The notes under the pieces: generated by a model
Told to the model about the DNA's origin: nothing
Seen by the model: the letters and a program-made list of their open reading frames with translations, nothing else
Databases searched by the model: none
Shown here: positions 38,001-49,947 of the stretch, in pieces
How positions within the stretch are numbered: position 1 is the stretch's first letter
How the letters are laid out: each line of letters begins with the position of its first letter
NCBI GenBank assembly: GCA_008632985.1
Contig: QPGO01000057.1
Location: 405,346-455,968 of the forward strand
From: Psammoneis japonica
Taxonomy: Eukaryota
DNA: 50,623 nucleotides
Reading direction: 5' to 3'
Program-made: the position numbers and the translations under genes

Positions 38001-41000
38001 GCTGTTTCTTCTCTGTTTAGTTTGATAATGACGGAGGAACTTAATCTCACAACCACACAACAAGAAAAACTCAGGCGAACTGAAACATAGATATGAAAAG
38101 CGACTTTGAACCTAAAACGAGATGTGGGCAGCCACCCACAGATTGGAAGCGGTGTTCTTCGAGAGAAAGATCCTCCTGCCTCGCCTCCTGCCACAAAAGA
38201 AGCGAGCGATGGAGTAGACTACTTGGCAACTTATTATACGCAACGCGCGCACACGGGTGACGGCTGCGGCAGTTTCAGTTCGGCATGTTGAAGTTGAAAG
38301 TTGCGGATCGGGGGAATTCACCCCGGATGTGAAACCCCCCAGTTTTTCTCGCAGTTTCGGCGCACAGAGGCGGAGGTTCGTCAACGATGTTGTTGACACA
38401 AACAGAGCACGATTTGAGAAAACACTGTTTGACTGATGAACAAGCAACAAATGACATGAGCTGATGCTCATCCAAGTTTCGTTTCTCCAACGACATGGCA
38501 GCCACATTCCTCAAAAACAAGCTGCAAAAAGAAGCTGCCGGCATGGCCCAGTGTTGTGCGCTGCTCTGCTCTGCCAGTCAATCAAACCTTGGGGCTCTCC
38601 ATTGAGTGGCATGTTTAGTCCTTGGCTTCAAAATCAACACACTCAACTCTTAAACCTGCCCCACCCTTTCTGCACCAAAAAGAAGATGTGCTTTGTCAAC
38701 AATCTTTCGGGGGGCACTTGGCGCAACGTGCTCCGGCCCCACTCACGAACCAAAGCGTGCACAAAAATGACACCCACACAATTTCCGCATGGTCTCTGAC
38801 TTGCAAATGAGCTTTCACCAACAAAAGCATGGGGATTCATTGAAGGTCAATGTTTTGCAATGCCGGCAAGTCAAGATTGGTGCCAGCGCTGCAACATCGT
38901 CGTTGTTCTTGTGCGCTGATTTTTTCATTGTGACGAACGAGTTGCAACACAAAAGGATGATTTTTGCCAAACACACCATTGCCATTTGTGGGTTGACACA
39001 AAATGTTTCTTCGTGCATTTTGCAGCAGTGGTCTGCTTGCACAAGAATCTCTGCAATGTGGGTGCTGTTGCACACTCAGCATCGTTGTTTCTGCAGAATT
39101 TTTTTGACACACATGATGAAACAAATGTTCAAATGTTCATGCTCTGATCAAACACAAAAGCCAGAGTGCACAAGTGTTTTCAATGAACAGCCTCAACATG
39201 TGAAGCTTGCACATGAATTGTGCTCAAAAGGGAGCATCGTTTTGTGCGTGAGCTGGGGCTGGAGCACTTCTGGTGTGGGGGGAGTGGCGGCCATTGAGAC
39301 CTGCATGTGTCAACAACAGACAAAACTGTTGGAGTTTTTTTGCTTGTCAGCTGACACATGCTTTGTCTCACTGACCCCAAACTTGCCGCACAGCTTTCAA
39401 ACACATTTCTCAAGAAGTGAGCACAAGACCGGCAACCCTTTCAAGACACAACAATGTTCCTTGTCACCTTCCATCAGCATTGCTGCCATTGACTTCTCCC
39501 TTTCTTTGTTCTGGCGGGTGTCATCAGCACCCTTGCTGAGCCCATCCTCTTCTTTCTTGGCAATTTCTTCTGGGGCAATTCTGTTGCATGAGATGTTTCC
39601 ACCCCATCTCAACCTCAACAGTGCCGGTTGAGAGCCAGCAGCTGCAACAATCTTGAAGTGTCTCTCCTTTGTCTTGACAAAGAAACTTGCCAACATCATT
39701 TTAACATGGCAAGCAGCACACAAAAACATTTTCACAGCCATTTGTTGGCAGCATTGTCAACAGGCCGAGTCACTTGAAGATGGGCACAACTTTTGAGCTG
39801 TTGCACCACATGACACAACTTGTTTTTGCAGAGTTGTCAGCAACCTTTTTGAGAGGATGCTCTGGCAATCACTTGGCACTTTTTGCACAGAAGCTGCATG
39901 AAAGCCACTCGTGCACATTCCTCACAGATGCAGGACAATGAAACACAGAAAGTGTGGCATTTCTCATCATGAGACAATGCCCAGCAGCAGCGAGCCAAAA
40001 CGGCATCATTTGCATCTTTCCACAGCTCCTGTTTTGCTCACCCAATTGCTTCAAAAGGGTCAGGGCAAGCTCACAAGTTTCATGTTGCCACAATGGAGAA
40101 CAAAGCAACCGCAGGTTGTTTTTCATTTTGCTGCTTCAGAATGAGGCACAACAGGTTGTGTCAAGGTGTGCGAGTGTGCTGGTTGTGGTGATGGCCAGTC
40201 TGGAGAGCAGCGCATCCACCACCATGGCGGCACCAACATCCTTGTTGATGATTTGAATGATGCTGATTTGCACGCCGTGTTCTCACGTGCTCTCCATTGC
40301 TTGCTCTGAACCAAGTGCTCTTTCCACCAACTCCAATGACATCAAAACTGCAGCTGGTGGAGAGTTCTGTGAAGTCCCTTGAACTCAGAAATGACAGTGT
40401 TGTGGCCCACAGTTAAAACACACTCAACATGTCCTCAATCACAACTGTTGCAAGCATCTCATCACAACTCACAGGCTTTGCATCCTTTGTGACAAAGTCG
40501 AGCATGTCACTTGCCAGTCGTTCACGGGAGCTTGGTTTGCCGAGCTTGAAGCTGTTGCGGGAGCAGGCAGAAGTCATTGGACCAGGCCCTGGAGCAAGTT
40601 TAGTTGGTGCCAGCTCTTTGGCAGAGTGGAGAGGCCCCACCAGTGCAAATTGGGCATGGCAAGTGGCATGTGATTGGATGGATTTTGATGGATTTTGATG
40701 ATTTGCGGAAGAGCAACAGGGCACAAAATTGACGCTGGATTGTTGCAATTGCCAAACTGTGTTGGCTGCGCGCAGCAAGTGCCGCAGGTGCTGAAAAGTT
40801 GATGAAGAATTGTCAAGGTGTGCAGCAGAAAACTGCTCCCTGCCATCACCTCTGCAGCAGCTCTGTTCAATCTAATCTGGCACAAAGCCTTGCAAATGCC
40901 GGCAACACTGCTTTTTTGACAGGTCATCATCTCTGTTGGAATCATTTGAGGTTCTGCCCGGCAGCTGGATCTCATGCAACTCCACCAATCCCTTGTGTTT

Positions 41001-41601
41001 GCATCTCAAAAGCTGGTTTGTTGCACCCTCCAACCCACCACTGTGAGTGCACACAACAATTTCTCTCCCAGACAATTTCTGGCATTCATCAAAACCCTTT
41101 TCCAGGCCGTCCCTTCCTGTCTGCAGTCTCCAGCATTGCAACATCAAGTTCCATGCTGCAGGTGCCCCGCGCAGCAAATCAAAATCAACTCTGCTCTCCT
41201 CTCTCATTTCTTGAAATGCATCCAAATTTTTGGCACGCGGCTCACTGAACCAACGGGGTGTTTCCCGTGAGCAGCATTGTTGGGTGCCAGCGCAAGTGGA
41301 GTGCCTGACTCTGTCCCACCTCCACCTGCCTCTCCAAGTTGAGGAACATCATCTGTCACCTTGCGTGTGCATTGTCGCCAACACAATGGCAAACCACCAC
41401 ACGAATGTCCACCGAATTTCTTCCATTTTGCAGCAGCTTCTCTGTTTTGTGATGAAGCAATGCTGCAGTTGCACATGTGCCACCCGGGATGCAGACTCAC
41501 AATGGCCTCCCACATCCACACTGCTTCCAGAATGAAACGATTTTGCTGGCCAGTCGCTGCGCACCAGGAACTGCCGCCCCACATGCTCCCCATGTGGCAC
41601 C

Positions 41602-41994
41602 TGATGGGTTCCAGTCCTGGGTGGGACTCCGTGTGACATTGGGCCCGCAGAATTCTGCGTGCAAGCTCCGCAGCAAATTTGTGCTGCAATGAAAACACAA
41701 ATGATTGCCAACAGAAAAAGAGGCAATTTTACGAACGTGTCTCCTCCTTCATGCTTGGAGCACATCATTGACAGTTTGCCCGGGTGTGTTCTTCAGACAT
41801 CAAAGAACACACCCAGAGAACTCTTGTTCTCACAAATGTTGAAAACAGAAAGCCTTTGGCTTTGCAAAACAGGGAGCATGAAACAATTTCGTAGAATGTG
41901 AGAAATGCACGTGCGCGACATGCGACGCGATCCAAAAAACTGTTGATGTCACAGTGCAGCAGTGCAAGGTCCCACCCAGAGCTGGAACGCGTCA
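41602..41994. mobile_element. MITE-like element, copy A (~393 bp)
   Basis: Imperfect ~25-bp terminal inverted repeats (tgatgggttccagtcctgggtgggac ... gtcccacccagagctggaacgcgtca). Homologous, in inverted orientation, to 45391-45787. Confidence 0.8.
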
Positions 41995-42639
41995 GCTCCA
42001 CTTTTGCTCAGAAAAAATTTCCACTCGGTTGATTTTGTAGAAAGTGAGGCAACTTCTTTGCACACAACAAAACCTCTTCCTCTTTGATGCTGGCGGGTCT
42101 TTGCTCTTTTCAAGCTGTTGCTGAACTCGGCTCATTTTTTCTGATCTCAGCTGGGATGCAAAACATGGGCACTGTCTGGAAACCAAAGCAGGTGAAATGT
42201 GATGAAAGCTCCTGACAGCAAGACACATGATGCTTGGTCAATGATTCATTGGAGCATCCTGCCAACTGACTGGCCAGCAGCTTTGTTGAAATGCAGCTGC
42301 ACACAGTGAGCAGAAATGCCAGCAATTCAATGACGAGCTGAAAGAGGTTGTGTTGCTGACAGTCGGGTGTGGCAATGGACAATGTCAACAGCTGTTGCAC
42401 CTCCTGCCAGCAGCTCTCTACAGTGGAGTGGAGGTGCTTCCATGAACGCCACTTTCAACTTGCTGGTGGTCTTCACCATGGTCGATGTGTGCGTTGCACG
42501 CATGGTGGGAAACCATGCCATCTGCTCTTCTCCTGTGTCATGATGTCATTGGACCAGGAAAAGGAACCCGGATGGACCTGGGTTCCTTTTCACAACTGGG
42601 GTTGCATGTTTTTTCATGCTTGATTCTTCTCGGCAAGGA

Positions 42640-42915
42640 TGACAGAAATTGAAGGCAAATGGCAAGAACTCAAACAACAACTCCTTGCTGCTGTCTAAAC
42701 AGCAGATGAGTCTCCGCTCAGAGACCGTCACAGGAGCCGAAAGACGTGCAAGTCGGCACAATCGGGCCACTGTCATTGTTCTTGTGAGCCTTGTGGCTCG
42801 AAAGCAAACTGCATCGCGCGCGAACACGTGGAACCAAAGCACACAAAACTGTGTGCGGTGAACTAAACAGCGCGCAACATTTCACGCGCACCTGAATCCT
42901 GTTCAAATCCTGTCA
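42640..42915 (-). repeat. 3' LTR (276 bp, TGACAG...CTGTCA)
   Basis: Inverted termini, follows the polypurine tract, aligns with 49778-49947. Confidence 0.92.
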
Positions 42916-45390
42916 CTCCCCAGTTTGCTTGAGGAGCCACAGAAACAGATTCGACTTCGGATGGAATGAAGTTCCAGAACATGAGGGGGCGGAGAAGGTC
43001 CCAGATTTGGGAGTCACCCCAATGCTTGCTGAGAATGTCAGCAGGGTTGCGGGAGCCCTCGATGAAGTGGAGCTCAAGGTGACCAGAGGCAACTGCCTCA
43101 CGCACACGGTGGAACAACAGTGCAGTGTGTCGCTTGTGCAACTTGGAGTGTGGGATGGTGGCACTGTCTGCAACAACATGTGACTGATGTTGCGGATCGG
43201 GACGCCAAGGTGTCGCAGGGTGATGCGCAGGTTGACAATCTGCTTGACACAAGTCCTTGCGGCAACAAATTCAGACCCGCAGGTCGCAGTCTCCACGGTG
43301 GCTTGCTTCTTAGAGAACCAATCAGCCGGGAATTTGTTGAGGAAGTGGAGCATTCCCATGACAGAGCGTCCAGTGAGCATGCAATGGTGCAAGTTTGCAT
43401 CGATGCAGTGGGTGGCAGTGACAAACTTGCCAAGGGGTGGTGGAGCGTCCTTTGGGATCATCTCTTCTGCTTCGCCGCACACGGAATGCATCCATTCACA
43501 GGCCGGAGCAGGGAGATCCGAATGGTCGGGCTCTTCTGTGCGAATGCGGAGAGCGCCGTGTTGCATCTTGGAGAGGCACCCACAGACGCGTTTGGCACGA
43601 TCCAAGTGGCCTTGACGGGGCGCAGCTCGGAAGCTGGAGAGTGACATGACGGCCGTGGCAATGTCAATTCGACCAAGGGACACTGCCCATTGGAGTGAAC
43701 CAACAAGAGACTGGAGCTGGTGAATGCCATCGGGCCCCAGCAGTTCGGAAGTGTCCAGTTCGGGGTGGTCACCCTTCTCCAGAGGTGACAGGGTGTTGGT
43801 GGCAGGTTTCTCCCCAAACAGTCATGCGCAGCTGTCGACCATGCGCTTGATGCACTTGCGCGGAGACAGGCACAAGGTGCCATCAGGATCCCGGGAAAAG
43901 TCGCAGCCCAGATGGAACTCAATCGGTCCCGCACCCTTGAGCTTGAACTTGTGCTTTTCCGTGAGAGCATCAACGAAAGATTGAGGGTCCTTCATGGCAA
44001 TGGCGAGGTCATCCACACAAACGGCAATGTGTTCGCAGTGGTTGCCGTTCCTGTGCATCCAAATGTCGGGTTCGGCACGGCAGGGGAAGAAACCTTCAGC
44101 TCGCAGGCAGTCGGCGAAGTGCTCGTGCCAGCGGAGACCGGAGCTGCGCAGTCCATGCAGGGCCTTGTGGTTGACAAGGATGTGGCCTTCGAGTTTGCCA
44201 AATTTGGGTCCGGCTGCAATGTAGAGCTTCTCCTTGGTGGTGGCTTCAAGGTGGGCATTGCCAATGTCAGTGGCCCATGTCTCCAACTCGTTGAGTTCGG
44301 ACAGGAAAATCATCAGCCGAAGGCCATGGAGGGAGACCACTCCGGAGCAGACACTGTCAATGGGTGCGTCCGTGAGGTGCCCATCGGCTGCAAGTCATGC
44401 CTTGTGGCAACCGTCGTGTTTCACGTCGCACACTGGGTGCACTCGGATCTTCTTGTGTCCCGCAGGAGGAGTGGAAGACTCGGAGGGCCCGCAGTCATGG
44501 AAGACTTCGTGTTCCTCGAGTTGGTCCATCTCGAGATTAGTTGCGTCTCCCCATTTGCGGTTGCCGTTGCGTTCGTCCAGTGACATGGCGTGTTTGTAGT
44601 TCCAGGGAACTTCGCATCCGCACTTGTGGCAAGGTGCAGTGTGGAAGGAGTGAAGCTTGGCTTGGTTGGCCATGCGGAACAGCTTCTTCTGGTGCCTCGC
44701 GATGGTGCGGAACCGCTTCCAGCCATCAGTGTCGAGAAGTCCATTCTCTTGTGCATGGATGGTGCAGGTGACAGGGTTGTCCTTGGCGATGATGGCAAGA
44801 CGCTCGGACGTGATCTCCCCACTTTCCCATTCAAGCACAATGTTGTGGCTTGAGCCTTTCCAGGTTGGGTCATGAGGCTTCAGAGGTCCTTCGTGTGACA
44901 CAATGCGCCAAAATTTCCAAACAGCAGTGTCTTCGTCTTCTTGCTCAATGTGATTCATGATGTCGTTGCAGGCAAGGACTTCCTCGCATTCATCATTGTT
45001 GACAGAGCAGACGAACTTGGTGAGCTCGGGATTGCCGTTCACTTTCCATTCATGGTCTTCGATGGCCTTGACGATGCCAGCTCTGTGGCATTGTCCGTCC
45101 TCTTGTGGCTGCATGAGGAAGGTGCGTCTGATGATTTCTTGCGGATCGAAAACTGGCATCTTGGGTGTCCTGATCTCCCCATCAGGTGAATCGACGGAGT
45201 TGTCGTCATGGCGAGATTTGATGATGGGTTCAGGTGGCTCCCCATCAGGAGGATCAAGATGCAGGTTTTGAACGGCAGGATCAGTGGCAGCAGATCGTAC
45301 GTTGGACTGGCAGAGGATCTTCTGAGTCTCGTCAGAGAGAATCTTGAAGGTCATCTGGTGGCCGACGTGCTCAGCAATGCCAACAAAGTG

Positions 45391-45787
45391 TGACGTGTTC
45401 CAGCTCCAGGTGGGACCTCGTGCTGCTGAACTGTGACACAATCATTTTTGTCATCCGTCGCATGTTTCACACGCACATTTCTACGTGTTCTGTTGTAAAA
45501 AATTGTTCCACACTGCCTGTTTTGCGAAGCCAAAGGCTTTCTGTTGTCTGCACTTGTGTCAACAAAAATGCGCTGGGTGCATTCTTTGATGTCTAAAGAA
45601 CACACCCGGGCATGCTGCAAAGAATGCACTTCAAGTGTGGAGGAGGAGACACGTTCGCAAAATTGCCTCTTTTTCTGTTGGCGATCATTCATGTGTTCAT
45701 TGCTCAACAATTTTACTGCGGAGCTCGCACGTAGAATTCTGCGGGCCCAATGTCACAAAAAGTCCCACCTGGGACTGGAACCCGTCG
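45391..45787. mobile_element. MITE-like element, copy B (397 bp), inserted in the copia integrase C-terminal region
   Basis: Imperfect ~25-bp TIRs. Removing it plus 2 bp restores ...ELHG-H-FVGIAEHVGH in frame. Confidence 0.85.
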
Positions 45788-48700
45788 CGTCCATGCAACT
45801 CACCGGATTCGGACGGCCAATCGGAGTCATCGAGGTGGAAGCACACGGGTTCCCACCAGTGAAAGCGAAGCAATGGGCTGATGTCCGGGGTGGAGCCAGT
45901 GAGAGTCTCGAGGGGCATGCGCCAGTGGAGACGTGGGGACGCTGTGTGGTTGAGCATGAAGCACACGTGCATGAGTGCCAGCAGCCATGTGTGGGCAGGC
46001 GAACCAAAACGATCCATGACAGTGTTCGCCATGCACTTCACGGTCTGGTGTCGACGTTCGGCAAAGTTTTGGTGTTGCTGGTGAGGCTCACTTTGCCAGC
46101 TGGAGACAAAGAGGGCTCGTAGGATCCCGAGCACCTTGTTGCTGATCTCAACTTGAGCACGGTCGCCAATGAGTTTGGATGGAGCACCACGCTCACGGAT
46201 CTGATCCTCGAGTGTGTTGACAAACTCTTTGTCCGTTTTGGTGCCGCAGATGTCAGTGACGGCAGACTCGGTGCCAACAAACAGTTGGGCGCTGGTGCAA
46301 CCAGAGTCAACGGCTGGGGTGTCGGCATGAACGGTGTCAGTGGCGACAGGCTCATTGCGGCGGTGCACATCAAGGGTGGGGTTGGGTGATTTGTGGGCCT
46401 TCCCCAAGGTGTGCACCAGCGGGCATGCGGGCGCACTGCATGGTGCAGTCGAAAGTGCGACAAACCACATCGGCAGGTTGGAAGCCAAAGTGAGGCCGTG
46501 TAGATGACACTCGCAGAGCACGTCATCGTTCGGAATGAGATGGTCATCGAGGGCGGATGCGTGATCGGCAGACAAGGAGGCGGACATGATGGTCTTGTTG
46601 ACAACGACACGATGACGGTGGTTGCCGCACTCGTCAAATGGGTTGGCAGTGGGATCGTCCTGTGGGTCAGAGATCGCGTCGCACCACTGGTCGTCGTCAG
46701 TGACAGAGTGATCGAGGACGGAAGGATCCCATGTGTCATCACCGGCAAGGATGACATGGGGCAGGGTGTCCCATTCGGCGTCAGCGCAAGGTCGCATGGC
46801 AACACAAGGCAGGCCGCCCTTGATGTCAATTGGGATGACATGGCCATCAGGGGTGGCAACACGGTGCAAGCCATTGGGCACCTTGACAGAGCAATCGTTG
46901 ACATCCTGTTTGCACCATTCGAGCTGGCCGCAGGAATGAATGGTCTTGCCCTTTCCCGTGCATGCGTGCTGATGGAGGATGGCAATGACGGGACCATGCT
47001 GTGTCTCAATGATGGCACCAGCGGTGACAATGGGGATGTCCAACAATTGATGGTCGTCAATGCCCTGAACGTCGACTTGGCGAGAGGTGCATGCAATGAC
47101 GCAAACGTCATCGCCAGCAATGCCGCCGTTGGCCCCCACGATCGACTAGAGCACCAGTGCGTGTGGAGCGATGAGTGGAGGCAGAGCAAATGACATTGTG
47201 GTCATCAACGCAGCGGCAAGTGCGGCCGTTAAGTTCTGTGTCATCGGCAGGAGCGGGCAAGGTAGAGGGAGTGGCAGATGGCCCCGGTCGACTAGCGTTG
47301 GGGGCTTGGTTAGGAGACAACAGGCATTGCAGATCACCAGGTGGCAGTGGCTTGCGCTTGGTGAGGTGCACCAGGATGGGATTGTCTGAAGTGGCATCCA
47401 CATTTGGAGTGGGGTCACCAGAGTCAGCTGGAGTCGTGTTGGACAAGTTGACATCACCGTCACTCCCAAGGCGTTGGTCATGAAGGTTGGCCGTAACGGA
47501 CTCATGGCAGTTGCTGGCTCGCGGGTTGCGGGGAGGCGGATGAGAATGCTCAGGGATGATCGCCTTGGAGGAATGGGGCAACGAATCCCAAATCCGTTGG
47601 TGGTCGGGAGGGAGACGTTTCCATTGGTCACCGGTGAGGCTGGGACCGCGGGTGCAGGCAGCATTGGCCTGAAGGATGTCAATGTCACTGTCAATGTCGC
47701 AGAACACATCATCGGACGGTTCCTCGGAGCAGACGTCGTGTGTGTGTGTGGCGCGTCGGGGAGCTCCAGGTGTCGTCTTGGGTTGAAACGCACTGTCGCA
47801 TTGAGCTGCCGCGGAGAGGAGCAAGCCACAATGTTGATCGCATGTGAGGCTCTTGCCACTCTGCGTGCGATGCTGATCAGCTTGGTTCTTGACAGCACGG
47901 AGTTCCTCGACAGGATGTGCGGCATTCTTGAGCATGACGCACTTCTGTCCTTCAGAGAAGTGGTCGCTGGCCAGGATGAGTGCCTCGTGCTTGCGCAACT
48001 GATCTTGCCAATGAAGGATGAACCCGTGGGTCGGACCTTTCCAAGTGCCATCACCAAGACGTGCGGTGGTGAGGCACGTGAGCAAGGTGGAGGACTCGAC
48101 AGATGCGCGGGTGGAGGCGAGCACATGCTCGGACAAGGCGCGGCAGATGGTCTGGGCGTCAGAAGACCCCACATTTTCGCGAATGAGAGCCTTGCCCTTG
48201 TCGGTGAGAAGGATGCGTTCGAAGACAGCGAACATGCACTTTTGTTGTTCAGCAAAGAGCAGTTTGTCTTCAGGGCTGGTCGGTTTGTACGACGAGTCTA
48301 GAGTGCACTCGACGTCTTGGGCACGGGCTTGTGCCACAAGTGAGGTGTGCCAAGTGTGCCACTGCTTGTCGGATTTGAGAGCCGTGAAAGCGGTGGGGTC
48401 ACGCTTGATGCCTCGCTTGAAGTCTCGCACCGGGTCGCATGCCTTGGTCGGGTTGGTGACATGCGGAGGTGCGAGGGGCGAGCTGCCGACAGACACAGAA
48501 GACATGCAGTCGGGGCTGAGGCGGCAGGCAAGGAACTCCTCATGCGTGAACAACGAGGAGTCATTGGCAACGTCAAAGACCTTCGTGTGCTTTGACAATG
48601 CACAGACTGATCAGAGCTGCTGACATGTTCTTATGACCGCGGGGCAAAGGGATCACATTGGTGCCGTCATCGCACTCAAGCGAGTCGATTTGGGATGGCA

Positions 48701-49777
48701 TGAATGTGAACAGTTCTTGATGCGAGTCCGTGCCGTCGCGTGGGTCAAAGCCAAACAAAGAGGGATCCCAGCACCTTGGGCAAGCACGGTTCCAACAACA
48801 TGCTCAAAACCATCGGTTTGTTGCTGACGAGTGAGAACCATGGCAGACAAAAGTGGTGTCAGGACAAGCGATTCTTGTTGGGATGCGAAGGTGGACTTGA
48901 AACTTGGGTGAGAACAGACTTGACTTGAAACAGACTTGACTTGAAATCTTGAGCCACCTTAAAATCAGAAGTCGCCGGGCTGTGCCATCCCGTTCGTTGT
49001 CAAGTGCTAAACTTCCCATCCGGTCCGCAGAGTTGTGCCGGCACGTCCGAACCCGCAGCCAGCGGCACTTTGGGTTGCTTGCGAGCGGAGCAGCGGGTTG
49101 CAAACCCCTGCAGGCAAGCTGACTGGAGGTGGACAAGACCCCCGAACCGTTCTTGTTTTACATCGGTTGGATTTCCCGATCAGGCTGGCCAGTTGACGCA
49201 GGCATTGGGTGCTGTGGACGAACGAACAAACGCGGGAAAAACACCCTCGCCCCAATGCAGGCTGCAATCACGGCTGCTTGCTCTCACAGTCATCCTCGTG
49301 GACCTGGCAGAACTGCAGAGCACCAGTGGTCCGGGGTGGATCAGGTGCAATGGACTCGGTGTGCTTGTAGAGTGGTGGCAAAGCCGTGGTTCAAAGAGTG
49401 GGTGCAAGTTCTTGGCTGAGAGGACATGCACACACGTGTGTCTTCAGCGACGAAGATCCTTGAATGTGCAGGGTTCTTGACCATCAACCGTTGAATGGGT
49501 GTGCAAAGTGATGAGGATCAAGGGTGGACTTGGACATGACCGTTGATGTGTGTCTTCAGCGATGAAAGGCAGCACAATCAATCCAGACACACAGCGGCAA
49601 GGAGACTTGACGGTGACGTTAAATTCCTGCCGATGCCTGGCATTGCACGCGTGCAGACTTGCCGATGTGTGTAGAATGTGTGCGGAGGTCCACGCAGAAT
49701 TGAAATGGCATCGTCAGCAAATCAACGACGATGATGGCAGTTGCTCAATGGGTTGACAATGAGCAAGACTGTCAATC

Positions 49778-49947
49778 TGACAGAAATTGAAGGCAAATGG
49801 CAAGAATTCAAACAACAACTCCTTGCTGCTGTCTAAATGGCAGATGAGTCTCCACTCAGAGACCGTTGCAGGAGCCGAAAGACATGTGAGTCGGCACAAT
49901 CGGGCCACTGTTGTCATTCTTGTGAGCCTTTTGCGCAAATCCTGTCA
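49778..49947 (-). repeat. 5' LTR (170 bp, ~106 bp shorter than the 3' LTR)
   Basis: Same termini; ~150 bp colinear with 42640-42791 at offset 7138. Confidence 0.9.

Larger units (their letters stand above)
42640..49947 (-). mobile_element. Full-length but inactivated Ty1/copia LTR retrotransposon (diatom CoDi-like), 5-bp TSD AAGGA
   Basis: Order gag (FKRGIKRD), protease (LVDRGANGG), integrase (ATDT...GDRA...AERR), RT (DIGNAHL, KALHGL, CVDD), RNase H (DANLHH, ATCGSEF). GGGGAG polypurine tract next to the 3' LTR. AAGGA at 42635-42639 and 49948-49952. Confidence 0.95.

Noticed and set aside
38400..42630. Possible MULE/SWIM transposase remnants (CAACHVK, CTHGGKPCH)
   Set aside because: Cys/His motifs arise spuriously from TA conversion; no reliable catalytic motif or element ends found.
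42913..48850. Alternative genetic code or RNA editing as the explanation for Tyr to Cys/His
   Set aside because: Adjacent genes use standard Tyr and stop codons; changes occur on both strands and differ between the two LTRs.
49741..49777. tRNA primer-binding site of the copia element
   Set aside because: No canonical TGG-starting tRNA complement is recognisable next to the 5' LTR.
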